This document shows, one piece after another, positions 13,950 through 26,626 of a stretch of DNA of 64,000 bases. The notes beneath the pieces were generated by a model. It was not told where the DNA came from. It did not search any database and was given only the letters and a program-made list of their open reading frames with translations. The DNA is from Eledone cirrhosa (Eukaryota). The stretch is taken from contig OZ024743.1 in NCBI GenBank assembly GCA_964016885.1, forward strand, positions 30,690,001-30,754,000, read 5' to 3'. Positions within the stretch are counted from its first letter, which is position 1; every line of letters starts with the position of its first letter. A program made the translations under genes and the position numbers.

Positions 13950-14280
13950 TATATAATGAAGGTTTAGCAAATAAGGAAAAGTTTCAAAATAAATTTTAAA
14001 AGATTCACTGTACTCACTATGGTTACCTTTACTGAATCGGTTTTGAGTCTCAAAAATAAATGGACAGTCCTTGCGGCCTTCCATTGAACAGATAAACTCT
14101 CGTCAGAAGGGTCTTTTCACTTGGAGAATCTAGAATTCTCGTATTCAAATTACGAATTGGCGCTATTCAAAATTGTTCCCGAGATGAGAATGAATGATTA
14201 CCGATTCGGTAAATGTAACCATAGTGGGTACACTGAATCTTTTAAAATTTATTTTGAAACTTTTTCTTCTTTGCTAAACC

Positions 14281-14287
<7 letters not shown>
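13950..14287. mobile_element. Fold-back non-coding element (probable PLE pLTR derivative)
   Basis: 13955-14040 is inverted at 14200-14287; ends in (TA)n. Confidence 0.7.
14026..14110 (-). ncRNA. Type I hammerhead ribozyme with extended stem II (G12>A in this copy)
   Basis: Minus strand: CCUU CUGACGA GAGU[47 nt incl. AUGGA..CC GCAA GG..UCCAU]ACUC AAAA CCGAUUCAG UA AAGG; the other arm gives a perfect stem III ACCGA-U-UCGGU. Confidence 0.65.
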
Positions 14288-14311
<24 letters not shown>

Positions 14312-14949
14312 GGTTTATGTTTATTATCGTCTGGGACCCAGAAACCTTTGGTAATAGGGTATTTATATATATATGTTTATGTGTGCATATAGATGTAGTA
14401 TGTGGGTGTGTGTACGCGTAGAAATGTGCGTGTCATTTCGTACTTTGTTATCCTGGCACAATAACTTAAGTTATGAACATATTATAATATGGTTGTGTTT
14501 GGAAATCAAATCGTGATTTGTTATCCTCACTATCGGAAGTACAATGTAGGAGCACTATAGTAAACTGATATATGCATTTCTGTATATACTTTTACGGTTT
14601 TCAGCTAATTATACATGACAGTCACAGTAATGTTAGACAGATGTCCCAAAGGGACAATATAACTATTCGTTGGGGTTTCAATATAAAGAGTTCTATTACT
14701 GTAAATGTTAACTGAAACTCCAATATTCGTATTGCTTAATATAATTCCTGAAAGCCATAATTGCAAATTGGATATGACTGCAAGTCTGATGGTATTTATC
14801 TGAGAAACTGCTTTGAAATATCCTAATATATTTGAGAGGAAATGTTAACTGCATCATCCGAATAACCAAACAAATGCCCTTCAAATAAAATGTTACAATT
14901 CAACCAGTGATCTCACATCGTAGAAAGATACCTTTCGATCACGCATAAT

Positions 14950-15250
14950 TATCCGATTTGAACTGAGAAATTTCCCCTCCGTGGCATAAGTCTGGGCAAT
15001 GTCGTTTGCGGAAGACGAGGAGTGCTCAGCGTTACCAGTCTCCCGCCCCACGCCAGGAATGTTTTCCAAAGGAAAGGCAATGGCCGATACAGCTCGGTAT
15101 CAGTGGTGGTGTCGCAACTCATTTCTACAGCAGAGTAAACTAGAGTAACCTGAAATAAAGTGACTTGCTCAAGGACACAATGCCTCACCCGGTTCGCGAA
15201 ACTTACAAACTTACAATTGCTATACCAACTCTCTAACCACTAGGCCATGT
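14950..15250 (-). mobile_element. tRNA-derived SINE (second family), decayed
   Basis: Minus strand reads catggcctagtggttag (A box) ... ttgtgtccttgagcaagtcactttatttc, a typical SINE body. Confidence 0.65.
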
Positions 15251-16046
15251 CACGTCGGCCATATCTTATCTTCCTGATATATTACATGATGGAGGCTGTA
15301 AAGAAAGTGTGATCGCGATTCTGTGCAAAATACTTAAGGTTTGCAACACAACAACAGCAACAAGAACAAATACTTTTTGAATGGTTTATTCGGCATTGAA
15401 ACACAGATACCCCAAACAGAGTTGGACATTAGTACTTAAACCACCAGCCCCATTTGCGTTTATACCACTTATATTTTTCGTATTCGCATGAGTTGTGTTA
15501 TTAGCAGATTTTAAAGCACCTACTCTGTCCAAGGTAATAGGACATGATCATCCCAAGAAGCTGTTTTGCAAAATCCAGCCCATCTAGGCTCAGTAGCCTA
15601 ATCCCGTTTACATTACACCATATAATTTTTTTAAAAGACTAGGTGGTCGTTACCAGAACATAGTGGATGAGTTAAATATTCGGACAGAAATTATACATCT
15701 TTAAATGACAGCCAAAAACACAACTAAAATATTCAATAACATCACATAGTACTAGATCGGTTAACTAGATCGATATTTAAGTAGAGATTAGAAGGATACA
15801 CAATTTAGTTTTAAGAGAGGTCCGTGCTTGACCACTATAGAGATATTTCCATTCATTTATATATTTATAGTAGTACATTAGAGATGTATAGGCATATATG
15901 TAAGAAAAGATCTAATTTGTCCTCTGCAGTCGATGGTAGTAGAAACAAATTTCTAGCATCAGAGTGAACTCAATTACGATATTAAAGAGAAAGATCAAGA
16001 ATAAAATGTTGGCCGCATGTATGACTATCACAAATAAACAACAACA

Positions 16047-16150
16047 ATAATTGTTTGTACGTTTGGCACAGGGCCAGCAATTACCCATTGCATTACTGGT
16101 ACTTTATTTTATCGACCCCGCAAGGTTAAAAGGCAAAGTTAACCTCAGTG
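16047..16150 (-). mobile_element. tRNA-derived SINE (OK-like), 3' fragment
   Basis: Matches the reverse complement of 43985-44085. Confidence 0.8.
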
Positions 16151-16684
16151 CAACAATAATGAATACCAAAAGGAAAACAATGTGTATCGTACCCGCATCG
16201 TAACGGTTTCTGATGGTCTATCAGTTATGTACTCACAAGTTGTAACTGTGCATTCTTAAGCTGTCTTGTATCCCGTAGCTATTTCGTAAGGACATTGAAA
16301 CATCGACCACAGCAGGTATTAATTTAATACATGCAACATCAAATACCCTACGCAGATAGTATCACAAAATAATAGCAGTTTCATAGTGGGTCTGTTGTAT
16401 GATGTGATCTTGAAGTTGGGAAGGCACTATGGGAAATGTTGGTTTAAAAGCAACAAACAAATTTCATTCAGACCTCAAATTGAGATCTCAATACTAAGAG
16501 AATAATACATAAAATAGTACATTGCAATTGTATTAGCATACAGGGAAAATCGGCGTCGTCTCAATACACACGGTGATGCAAGACGTTACTACCTTACATA
16601 TAGAAATACACGCCCATGCACACACAAACTCCCCCCCCCATTTCTCTCTCTCTCTCTCTCTCACATTCCTTTTGTATATATATG

Positions 16685-16748
<64 letters not shown>

Positions 16749-17230
16749 TAATTGGTGTGGGATGCTTAAAGGTGTCCGTATGCGGTAGGCCGTTTGAGCA
16801 CTCGATACTCTTATAGAGCAGAGTATAATATCACTCAAGAAACGGAGAATCAGTGGTGCGATGAATAAGATTTATTAGACATATTACAATCGTTTCTCTG
16901 GTAACCAGCTCGAGCCACGATCGATGCATTGATCAAACCTGACTCTGAAATCACAAGAACCTCGGATATGTCTCGATTCTATGAAGCAGAGTTTCCAAAT
17001 GTCCAGTTACAGCCGCTACCTTTGCTCGGCAGCTTAGATCCTGTTGTTTTCACTCTATGAGTGGTCAAGAATTGACACGTCATCGGTATTTTTGGCCACT
17101 CACGGCTGTCGTATATCTGATTCCTTCCAATTGCCACCTGTCAATCAAAGTTGTTCCTTATAGTGAGATTACTACTGTAGTGGGTAAGGGTTTGTATGAT
17201 TGAGCCGGTCGCGTCTTGTCGCAGCCCTGC

Positions 17231-17296
<66 letters not shown>

Positions 17297-18202
17297 ATAT
17301 ATTTTTTTTCACTGTAGACGAGGCTTGACCGACTGGTGCTATACAATACAATCATATCATATAGTGGTATTATACAATACAATCATATCGTGTGGTACTA
17401 TACAATACAGTCATATCATATAGAGCTATATCTGACAACAATCTTATATTAGCCTTGTTTAATGTTCTTGGTGTAAATTTGTAACTAAGTCGTTTTCTTT
17501 TCTAATCCATATTTATATAAAGTTCATTCTCCATCGGACGATCCAATGAGGAAGAGTTACAAAATCAAATATAAATAGCAAGCCCTTTACTTATTATAGT
17601 CGAAATTGATCAGTGCACCTTTCTTGGCTTTGACAAACAATTAGCTTCCGGATATTTTGTATTTCTAATGTATGTATGTCTGTCTTTGTGTATGTGTGTG
17701 TTTATGCGTGTGTGCGTGTTTGTGTGTGTATACCTACACTCTCACACATAAACCTTTTAACATACACATACATAGTCAATTCTTACAAATGTAGATGTGT
17801 GTGTGTATGTGTGTGTCTGTGTGTGTATGCGTGGGTGCGTGTGTGTATATAGTGAGGGAAAATGTTGATGTAATATTTTCTCTTGGGAATTGTCCAATAA
17901 TACTATGACCGGAAAGTGAAAGTGCTTAAAAAGAAGACAATGAAATAGAGAAAGTAATAAATATACCTGTTTAATGTCCCCCCGTTTAGTTTCGATAATG
18001 TTTATAACAAAGGATAGAATGATTTCAAACATAACAGATTTCTAATCTTTTCCACATTGACTTATTACGATGTCATGATAGTAAACACTCGCATACACTC
18101 ACACAGACATACGCACACACACGCACACACACACACACAGAGAGACACATTCACACACACACTTATATAAATATAAATATTTATAAATATAAATATTTAT
18201 AA

Positions 18203-18233
<31 letters not shown>

Positions 18234-18289
18234 CACACGCACGTTCGCAAGCATTCAATGACGAATTGCGTATGGTTACAGATACGGAA

Positions 18290-18321
18290 ACATGCACACT
18301 CACACACATGACCCCCCCCCC

Positions 18322-18365
<44 letters not shown>

Positions 18366-18395
18366 GGGGGGGGGTCATGTGTGTGAGTGTGTGTT
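18290..18395. repeat. Palindrome centred on (AT)n
   Basis: cactcacacacatgaC(n)-(AT)n-G(n)tcatgtgtgtgagtg. Confidence 0.85.
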
Positions 18396-19112
18396 TTTGT
18401 GTGTGTTTCCACAATCTCTGAACTGAATACTATGAAAGCTCCAAATATGTTTCTGAAATCTCCTGGGTATGGTTAGTTTCACTGTATGACTTCTTCATCA
18501 ATAAAATGCAACAATCTATGAAAATAAACAATGATCCTCTTACACATTTATTTCGCAACTAATTCATAAATCCTTTAATTTGTATACAGCTAATGGTGCT
18601 TATAACAAGTAGTAAACATCAATTCATGAGATAAACTGTACTGGGTCCATTAAACAGCTAGAAATATCAGTCAAATATAGCCAAAATTGCATTATACACG
18701 CTTTGAAAATACACATTTTATACTAAAATGCAGGTTTAAATCTAAATATATTACCAGTATATATACCCATAGCTGGAATTTAATTGATATAACTTGCATT
18801 AATGGTGGAAACAAAACTAAACTAACAACAGCAGGAATAACAACAATACTAAGCATCTATACCTATAAGAGCATTATCACTGAGTATCCGCTGGTCTGTC
18901 ATTGTATGTAATAAAATGTATTATCAGTAATAAAATTCATTATGAAAATCTCACTTTACCGAGGCAAGTATATGCTTACAGTTTATATTTCCTAGTAGAC
19001 ATACAATACGAATATCCCAGCAAAAGTGGGTTTAAGCTAGTTGTCTTAAAATTATATGATTTCAGAAATTAGAAACAAGAATACATATTTCATGAAGGAG
19101 TTATATATTTTA

Positions 19113-19240
19113 AATAATTGTTTCTACTTTAGGCACAAGGCCAGCAATAACGCAGTACATTACTGGTGCTTTATTTTATAGACCATGTAAGGATGAAAGC
19201 CAAAGTTAACCTCGGCGGGATTTGAACTCACTGCCAATTC
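19113..19240 (-). mobile_element. tRNA-derived SINE (OK-like), partial
   Basis: Same family as 43897-44085; includes the B box. Confidence 0.8.
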
Positions 19241-19503
19241 AAAATAATGGATCCTAGTTCTTGTTCAAATAAAACTTTGAAGTGCGAAGAAACATAGCTA
19301 TATACAAACATCTCTGTTTGACAAAATCTGTTTACGACGTGTACACGGAGAGGAATATATAATATCAGACGCTTATTCAAACTTCACATTAGAGATGACT
19401 ATATTCTATGAAGAACTACATGAACACAGAATATCATAACTTCATAACTTAAGTTGGTGAAAAGTGTCAATAGGTTTTCCAGACGGAATAAGCCCCCTCC
19501 CCC

Positions 19504-19560
<57 letters not shown>

Positions 19561-19604
19561 CGAAACATAAGTCAGTTGCATGAACTCATAATCCTTTATT
19601 TACT

Positions 19605-21135
19605 GCTAACCGGGACAAGTCCATCGGTTTGCAACTCGGATCGTGGAGAGGCAGACCGATGCCTTCCGATGGCGTCGTCGGACGCTGGACGGAAGGACCG
19701 GTAAAGCTGCTCGGAGTCTGGTTTGGTCGGGACCTCCACGTGGAGAAGAACTGGAACGAAGTGACGGCCAAGGTGTTTGCACTCACCCAGAAGTGGGCCG
19801 AGTGCAAACTATCCTTGAAAGGTCGAGCGGAGGTGGCGAACACTTTTATAGCGTCCACCATCTACTACCACTTGACCGTCGTGCCTTGTCCAGCCAAAAC
19901 GCTCGCCAAAATGGAGCGCGCGCTCTTCCGATTCCTTTGGAAGAGGCGGGCTCCTTTGGTGAGAAGATCCATCTGCTGCCAACACCCTTCTAACGGAGGG
20001 CTGGGGATGCCGTGGTTGACGATGCGCAAACACGCGCTCAGGCTGCGCCATCTCTACGTATTCCTAACCGGACAACCGGTGTGGGCCCCGTTCGTGAGGC
20101 GAGCCTTCCCACGACTCGTCTCGCTGACCGAGCTGCAGTCCTGGGTCAAGCAGAGACCGAGGAAAATGGGCGACTGGCACATCGAATGTGCTCAGGCGCT
20201 CACAGCCCTCTGGCAGGCGGACCCGGCGATCAGTGGAGACTCCACTTCATCATTCTATAGAGGGTTGGTCCGCAGCAAGTGCGACGACGCGCTCGGTGAA
20301 ACTCTAGGCGTAGAGGAAGATGAACTGGCCAGTCTGTTCGGTAGGACCTTCCGCCCGGTACCGATGGACAACTTCCAAAAGTCCCTGGCCTGGCAGTGCT
20401 ACCGAGGAGCTCTACCAGTTCGAGACAAGCTCTACAGACATGGGCGCCCGGGCAGGGACCCTGCAAAAAAGATCTGTCCGAGGTGCGTGCGAGACGAAGA
20501 AACCGTCGCGCACGCATTTATACACTGCCCGGGCGTCACTGACCTGTGGGGCTATGTAGAACGACTATTGTCGCGGGTGGGACCAATCCAGTTGACCACC
20601 GAGTCCATTGTCATGATCAAACCGCCACCCTCCTTCAAAAACGAAGGAGAGGCGGTTTTCCTTTGTGTGATAGCTATGGCGAAAGAGGTTGTATGGTGGA
20701 CAAGGTTGAAAGGGCTGAGGTCAGACACCTTTCTCTCCGGCCAACAACTGATTCTTTTTTTCAAATACCACTTTGGAAGAAGAATCAGGATGGAGAGAGA
20801 GGTGCTGTACCCCAGCAAGTTTTATGAAAGCTGAGTGAAAGTGGCGAGAATGGCCTGAGTGAGTGGGCCTTCTCTCTATATCAGCCTGTAGGTTGAGGAA
20901 AAGGAGGAGGAGAGGAAAGGAGTACAAGCTCTTCGTACTCCTGGAGATGAGGGTTGCACATTTTTTTTCGGGGGTATGTGTTACCCATATAAACTGTCTC
21001 CCTCTATTGGGGAATATCGACTAACTTTTAAATTCCATCTGTGATAACATTTTACACGTTTTTATTGTATGTAAACTTCCCCCTTTGTATTTGTCCCCTT
21101 CTTTTGTGCCCCTGTGGCTAATAAAGAAATATATA
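19605..21135 (+). mobile_element. Tx1 LINE subfamily B, 5'-truncated
   Basis: 401-aa ORF2 C-terminus (GGLGMP, CPRC..ET..H...C); 3'UTR ends CCCTGTGGCTAATAAAGAAA(TA)n; 3'UTR near-identical to the reverse complement of 53342-53600. Confidence 0.9.
19629..20834 (+). pseudogene. Tx1 ORF2 C-terminal part
   Basis: ORF track; premature TGA near the end. Confidence 0.88.
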
Positions 21136-21349
21136 TATATTTCGATGATAGCCATTGAATATATATATAGCAAAATGAGATCAGGGAATATCTGATAAAT
21201 TATGTTAATTATACGCACACCGACACGCACACACACACACGCGCGCGCGCGCGGACACACTCACACGCACACACTCACACACACTCACACGCACACACAC
21301 ACTCAATACACACACATACACACAAATAATATATATATATAGAGAGATA

Positions 21350-21445
21350 TATTTATTTATTTACCACAGGGGCGTACAAATATCGGATATTACAAGACGC
21401 GACGGCGGGGGTTTTACATGAAATCTTTGACAATAATAATGAATA
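21350..21445 (-). mobile_element. Very short Tx1 3' tail fragment
   Basis: Minus strand ...CCCCTGTGGTAAATAAATAAATATAT resembles the other Tx1 termini. Confidence 0.55.
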
Positions 21446-21479
21446 ACAAGATCGATAGATAGATAGATAGGAAGATAGA

Positions 21480-22050
21480 TATGTTTCTTTTATTTGCCAC
21501 CAGGGCATCAAAAGTGGGACAAGTACAATGGGGGGAGTTTACAAAACAAGGCGTCCTCAATAAGGAGGAGGCAATGACAATATATAAAAATAAAATAAAA
21601 TATAACAAAAAATAAAATTTATAACATAGTCCTCAATAGAGAGGAGGCGCCTTGGGGGGTCGCACACCCCCCCGAAAAAAGTGTGCAACCCCTCTCCTCA
21701 GGAGCGCAGAGAAGGGGTGCTCCCTTGGTCTTTCATCTTCCTCACCTATAGTCTGATGTAGAGTGAAGGCCCATTCACACGGGCCATTCTCGCCACTTTC
21801 ACCCATCTTTCATAGAAACGGCTGGGGTGCAGCACCTCTCTCTCCATCCTGATCCTTCTTCCGAAATGATATCGGAAGAAACGGACCAGTTGTTGGCCAG
21901 AGAGAAAGGTGTCTGACCTCAGTCCTTTCAGACGCGTCCACCATACAACCTCTTTCGCCATGGCTATTACGCACAGAAACACCGCCTCTCCTTCGTTTTT
22001 GAAGAGGGGAGGCGGCTTGATCGTTACAATAGACTCGGTGGTCAACCGAG
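21480..22050 (-). mobile_element. Tx1 LINE subfamily C, short 3' fragment
   Basis: Near-identical to the reverse complement of 52670-53235; TAGA-type repeats on both flanks. Confidence 0.9.
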
Positions 22051-22406
22051 GAAGATAGATATATAGATAGATAGATAGAGAGAGAGATAGAGAGATAGAG
22101 TGAGAGAAAGAGGGATAGAAAGATAGATGGATAGAGAGAGAGAGAATGTGAGAGCGAGAGAGAATATATATATATATATATAATTGAGGCACAAAGCTAG
22201 TAAATATGAAACACATCAACATTAATTAAATCAACATCAGTTCTTGACTAGTATTCAATTTTCATCGACCCCAAAATAATGGAATGCAAATTATAATTCA
22301 GGCGGCATATGAAGTCCGAATGTAAAAAGCCAAAATAAAAATGACGCAATGGCATGTTACATGACGCTCAAAATATTTTCTCAATCCATAGCCGTCTCCT
22401 TATATG

Positions 22407-22470
<64 letters not shown>

Positions 22471-22539
22471 TTTATCCCGAGTTCAATCGGGGGCAACCAC
22501 AGTAAGTAAGATACACAATACAAAGTAGAGTATAAATAT

Positions 22540-22650
22540 TTAATATAGAAAGGCTTCTACAGGACTAGAACTGTTTCTTTCAGGAGAAATCATCGGGAGA
22601 TTTCTCCCGAATGAAACAGTTCTAGTCCTGTAGAAACCTTTCTATATTAA
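22540..22650. repeat. Palindrome containing truncated hammerhead-like motif (PLE pLTR-like)
   Basis: Arms of about 50 bp; minus arm reads CCGAUGA-UUUC uccu GAAA-GAAAC aguucua GUC; 22655-22700 is related to the reverse complement of 26180-26240. Confidence 0.7.
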
Positions 22651-22911
22651 ACAGAGACAGTTAAAGAAAGACGACTGGGAGAAAAGGGGGGATATTAACT
22701 TCAAAGTATATACATAATAGACTGTTTCTAGTAAATAGAATGGTGGTCACTAATTTCCTAATAACTCTTAGTGAGAAATATTCCAATGGCTAGTTGTCCA
22801 TTCATCTATGAAAGCTGTCCTCTCTTCTATTTAAAGTCAGTGGTTGTCCGATTCTTTAAATCAGTAATCTTTCTCCTCAATTCATCTCATAGGAGTTGTT
22901 TCTGAATAACC

Positions 22912-22963
<52 letters not shown>

Positions 22964-23264
22964 GAAAATCTGAAGGCAAGGTAAAGTTCCAATCATTTTA
23001 ATCACGACACATGTTTCAATAAGAGATAGATCGATCGTAAAGCCATGATCAATTATCATTGATCTCATCAGGTGAAAATGAATTGTCTTCAAATGCTTGA
23101 TATGAGGGAGAAAATGTTCACTCACAGAGTTTATTCCCTCATATGAAGATCCAGTAGTCAGAAATACGGTGACTGCTATCAGCTTCAGTTAGGGTCATAA
23201 AACTGTCAAATCTCCATAGCTGCAAAAGACGCTGGACATTAATCAGATCTGTAGAAATACAGTC

Positions 23265-23497
23265 GGTCACAGTTAATGTGAGTGGGTACACACACACTCA
23301 ACACCCATACACACCGGCTCGAGGTCAAAGAAAAATAAAAAATATATATATACACATATCAACACAGCATCAAACCAGTAGAACTATAGAAGGTCACAAT
23401 TAGTGTGAGTGGGTACACACACACTACCACACACACCGAAGCGATGTCATAGAAAAAAAAAACAAATATAAGAATAAGAATATACCAACACAGCATT
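23265..23497. repeat. Tandem duplication of about 125 bp
   Basis: ggtcaca.tta.tgtgagtgggtacacacacact...atat.caacacagcat occurs twice. Confidence 0.8.
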
Positions 23498-23588
23498 CAC
23501 CGAAAGTTCGTTTACAAAACAGCAAATGCTACATTGGTCAAATCTCAGTTTGACGATGTAAATTGGAAATATTGGGTTAACCGCAGCT

Positions 23589-23623
<35 letters not shown>

Positions 23624-24479
23624 GCAAGTAAGTTCAGTTCAGTGTTCTGTTATACATGAATAAATTGAATTGTTACATCCGTATCTTCAAATGTATGTTA
23701 TGGTATATATATATCCGTATCGTCCGAAAAAGAGTATGTCCGGTGTATACACATCCATCTGAAGAGCAAGCAATCAGCTCATATCGAACTCAGTATGTAC
23801 CGCTGTCCACTTGAGAGCCTGAGTCACCAAAACCGTTTGTGCAAGCAACCGCAATGTAGGCCAGCAAGGGGTTCCGTGTAGGGTTGGGTATTTGGGTTAA
23901 TGTGTAAGTGCGATGGCTGGTCAAATGGGCCCTTGGGCTTTTAATATAGGTGTTTGAGTGGTGGAGGTGTGTTATCGAACACAAAAGGTAAAGTAAATAA
24001 CAAAGGATAGCAAAACCCAGAGCATGTGTGTAGGATTATTAATGGTGTGTAAGTATTAATGTTCAATCTGTAACTGTGAGCACTCTATGGTTAGATGATC
24101 ACGGATCAAATGCTAGTGTAGTGTTCAATCGCAGGAACGTGACCAGTCGCAACTATGCGAACTCAATGTCTAACGAAAATACTAACATGGGGTCTGAGCA
24201 CCGTAACGCCAGCGGAAACTCTAATTGTAACCTTAATGGTAAAACAACCGTTGAACGTAATATGGAACGAGGGTCGATTAAAGGGAATAGGGATAGGTGT
24301 AGCAGACCCATAGTGAATGTAATCCCGGTTATCGAGGGTAATCCCCATGGCTGCACGGCCCGGGGACTTGGGACGATTCAGAACACAATTGTGACACCCC
24401 AGGATACCATCGACCCACAGAAATTTCCAGTTATAATAGACCAGTAGCTACTAAAGAGACAGGTATCACGAATATAGTT

Positions 24480-25915
24480 AGTAAGAACAAGAGGTATCGT
24501 ACCAGAAAAATCCTGTGGTATAACTTCCCTTACTCCACTGGCCTGACCACTAGTATAGCTAAACTTTTCTTTAGGGCCTTAGATAAATGCTTCTCTAGAT
24601 CACATAGACACTATAACATATTCAATAGGAATACCATCAAGCTGTCCTACTCCACAACTAGTAACATAGCTCAGAATATAGCTAAAATGAATTATAGTAG
24701 ACTTAGGACAGCCCAAGCGGGAAGTAGTATTGGCAGTAATAATGGCAGCTCTATGGAGGAACGGACTCATACACGTGAGGCGAGTCGGGTCTCCCCAACC
24801 CCAGGGAACTTACCCATAGAGCAGACAGGATTTGAGACCCGACCTCAAATGTACCGCGGTTCATCTGGAACTACCCAGCTCGATAACAAAAAATGTAACT
24901 GCAGGAGCACCACCACCTGCCCCATGGCTGGGAAATGCCTCACCAAAAACATAGTCTACGACTGTAAGTTACCCACTCCTGATAGAACCTTCAGGTATGT
25001 TGGGGAAACTGCCACTGAATTTAAGGATAGATGGTATAATCAGAACTTTACCTTTAATATATTAGATAAAAAAATAGCACGGCGCTTTCTGAACTAGTCT
25101 GGAAGCTTAAACATCAGAATATAGAGCACTCCTTATCCTGGTCCATAATTTGCTCAGCCCAACCTTATAACGGCAGCACTGCCGTTTGCAATTTATGTGT
25201 AGCTGAAACCTTTAATATTATTAGAGGCAGCCCCCTATTAATTAATAGGAGAGCTGATACTTTCAGCAATTGCCAACATAGAACCTCGAGAACCTTCCGC
25301 AGGATTTTTGGAAAGTAACCTACCACTAACTCGTCCCTCTCTACTTTAGCCATATAATTCACTCAATAAACAGACAGTCACACACTCAGGTAGTTAAACG
25401 GCTAAGACTGTTTTCACAGTTATTAACGGTACATATAAATATGTGTGTGTGTGTATGCTTGTGTACACAAGCATACAGACACACACATATTTATATGTGC
25501 GTGGTTTTGTATACCCATGGTAAGGTTTTGCGTATGCTTGTGTATGTACGTATCTGTTTGCGTGTATGTATTTATTTGTTCCTATTACTTCTGTATTGTA
25601 TTTATTTACTTTGTTCTTAACTCTGTAGCGGAGATTCATTTGGTCTCCTAGTTTTTGCCAGCGAACGTTACCACGAACCAAAGTATCGTCTTCCTGTCTT
25701 CCTCCGGTTGCAACGTTTTTTTAAATATCCAGTTCTGCGTTTACAGATTGACTTTGTTAGTTTCAGAAGATCCCGTTAAGGGTGAAAGCAGCGATTCTTT
25801 GCTTAAACTTTAATTTGTTATTTTAATAAATATTTGCTCTACGGTTCTTATATATTTGATATATATTTTCCTTATCGAGCCCTCTTTGGATTTTAGTCTT
25901 CAATTTTATTATTAT
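24480..25915 (+). mobile_element. Penelope-like element 3' part (Nematis-like), GIY-YIG + pLTR
   Basis: ILWYNFPYS...IFNRNTIKLSYS, CNCRSTTTCPMAGKCL..NIVY...YVGET..FKDRW; pLTR homologous to 63293-63995; ends at a TTA/TA tract. Clade is inferred. Confidence 0.8.
25759..25809 (+). ncRNA. Hammerhead-like motif with CAGAAGA core
   Basis: AGUUU CAGAAGA U CCC guuaa GGG U GAAA GCA..UGC UU AAACU; same motif at 63403-63453 (-). Confidence 0.5.
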
Positions 25916-25970
<55 letters not shown>

Positions 25971-26006
25971 TATAGAAGTGGCAACACAACAGTTAGTTCA
26001 CCATAC

Positions 26007-26044
26007 CGAGTACAATTGTTTCACCATAGCGGATCTTCAGCTCG
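26007..26044 (-). ncRNA. Minimal type I hammerhead ribozyme, intact core
   Basis: CGAG CUGAAGA U CC gcuau GG U GAAA C AAUU G UA CUCG: palindromic loop III, GUA cleavage triplet. Confidence 0.8.
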
Positions 26045-26094
26045 TACTGGTCATTGTTATACGGAAAAGCTGATCCGTATAACCATGACCAGTA

Positions 26095-26132
26095 CGAGCT
26101 GAAGATCCGATAAGGTGAAACAATTATTCTCG
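26095..26132 (+). ncRNA. Minimal hammerhead, degenerate copy
   Basis: CGAG CUGAAGA UCC gauaa GGU GAAA CAAUU AUU CUCG; stem III C-G pair lost. Confidence 0.6.
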
Positions 26133-26587
26133 GTATGGTGAACTAACTGTTGTGTTACCACTTCTAGTTATCTCCTTCCATGGACTGTTAATATCCCTCC
26201 TTTTCTCCCAGTCTGGACGGGCTCTCTTTTACTGTCTCTATTCCCATTTTTTTTTATATTTGTCACTCATATTTCATTACACATTGCGGAGCGAATAGTA
26301 TGCGTGACGTCATGGTGTCTGTTGTTCTCCAACATGCATGTTTTCTTTCAATTGCTGTTTCTCAAACTCTGGTTAATATGAACGTATTCCTGTCTTTTTC
26401 TGTCCTTTTCTCGCGGCTCACCAGCAACTTTGCATTTTTACAAGCGATATGTGCGACATAGTTGAATGACCGTTCATAGATATCAATTACTTCGAAGTGG
26501 GCATCATAGATATAATCAGAATACTGGAACGTAATTATCAAGACAATAGCCTACGACAATTACGCAGTATTGTTGTAACAGTACACT

Positions 26588-26621
<34 letters not shown>

Positions 26622-26626
26622 GCATG

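Larger units (their letters stand above)
25975..26166. mobile_element. Fold-back element of about 190 bp with two opposed hammerheads
   Basis: Arms of about 90 bp, near-perfect inverted repeat; adjoins (TA)n. Confidence 0.85.

Noticed and set aside
16755-17232. Solo LTR
   Set aside because: No clear TG...CA termini, target duplication or second copy in the window
18420-18865. Minus-strand exons encoding a signal-peptide-like MLSIVVIPAVVSLVLF
   Set aside because: Splice phases do not join into an open frame; AT-rich sequence readily gives hydrophobic peptides
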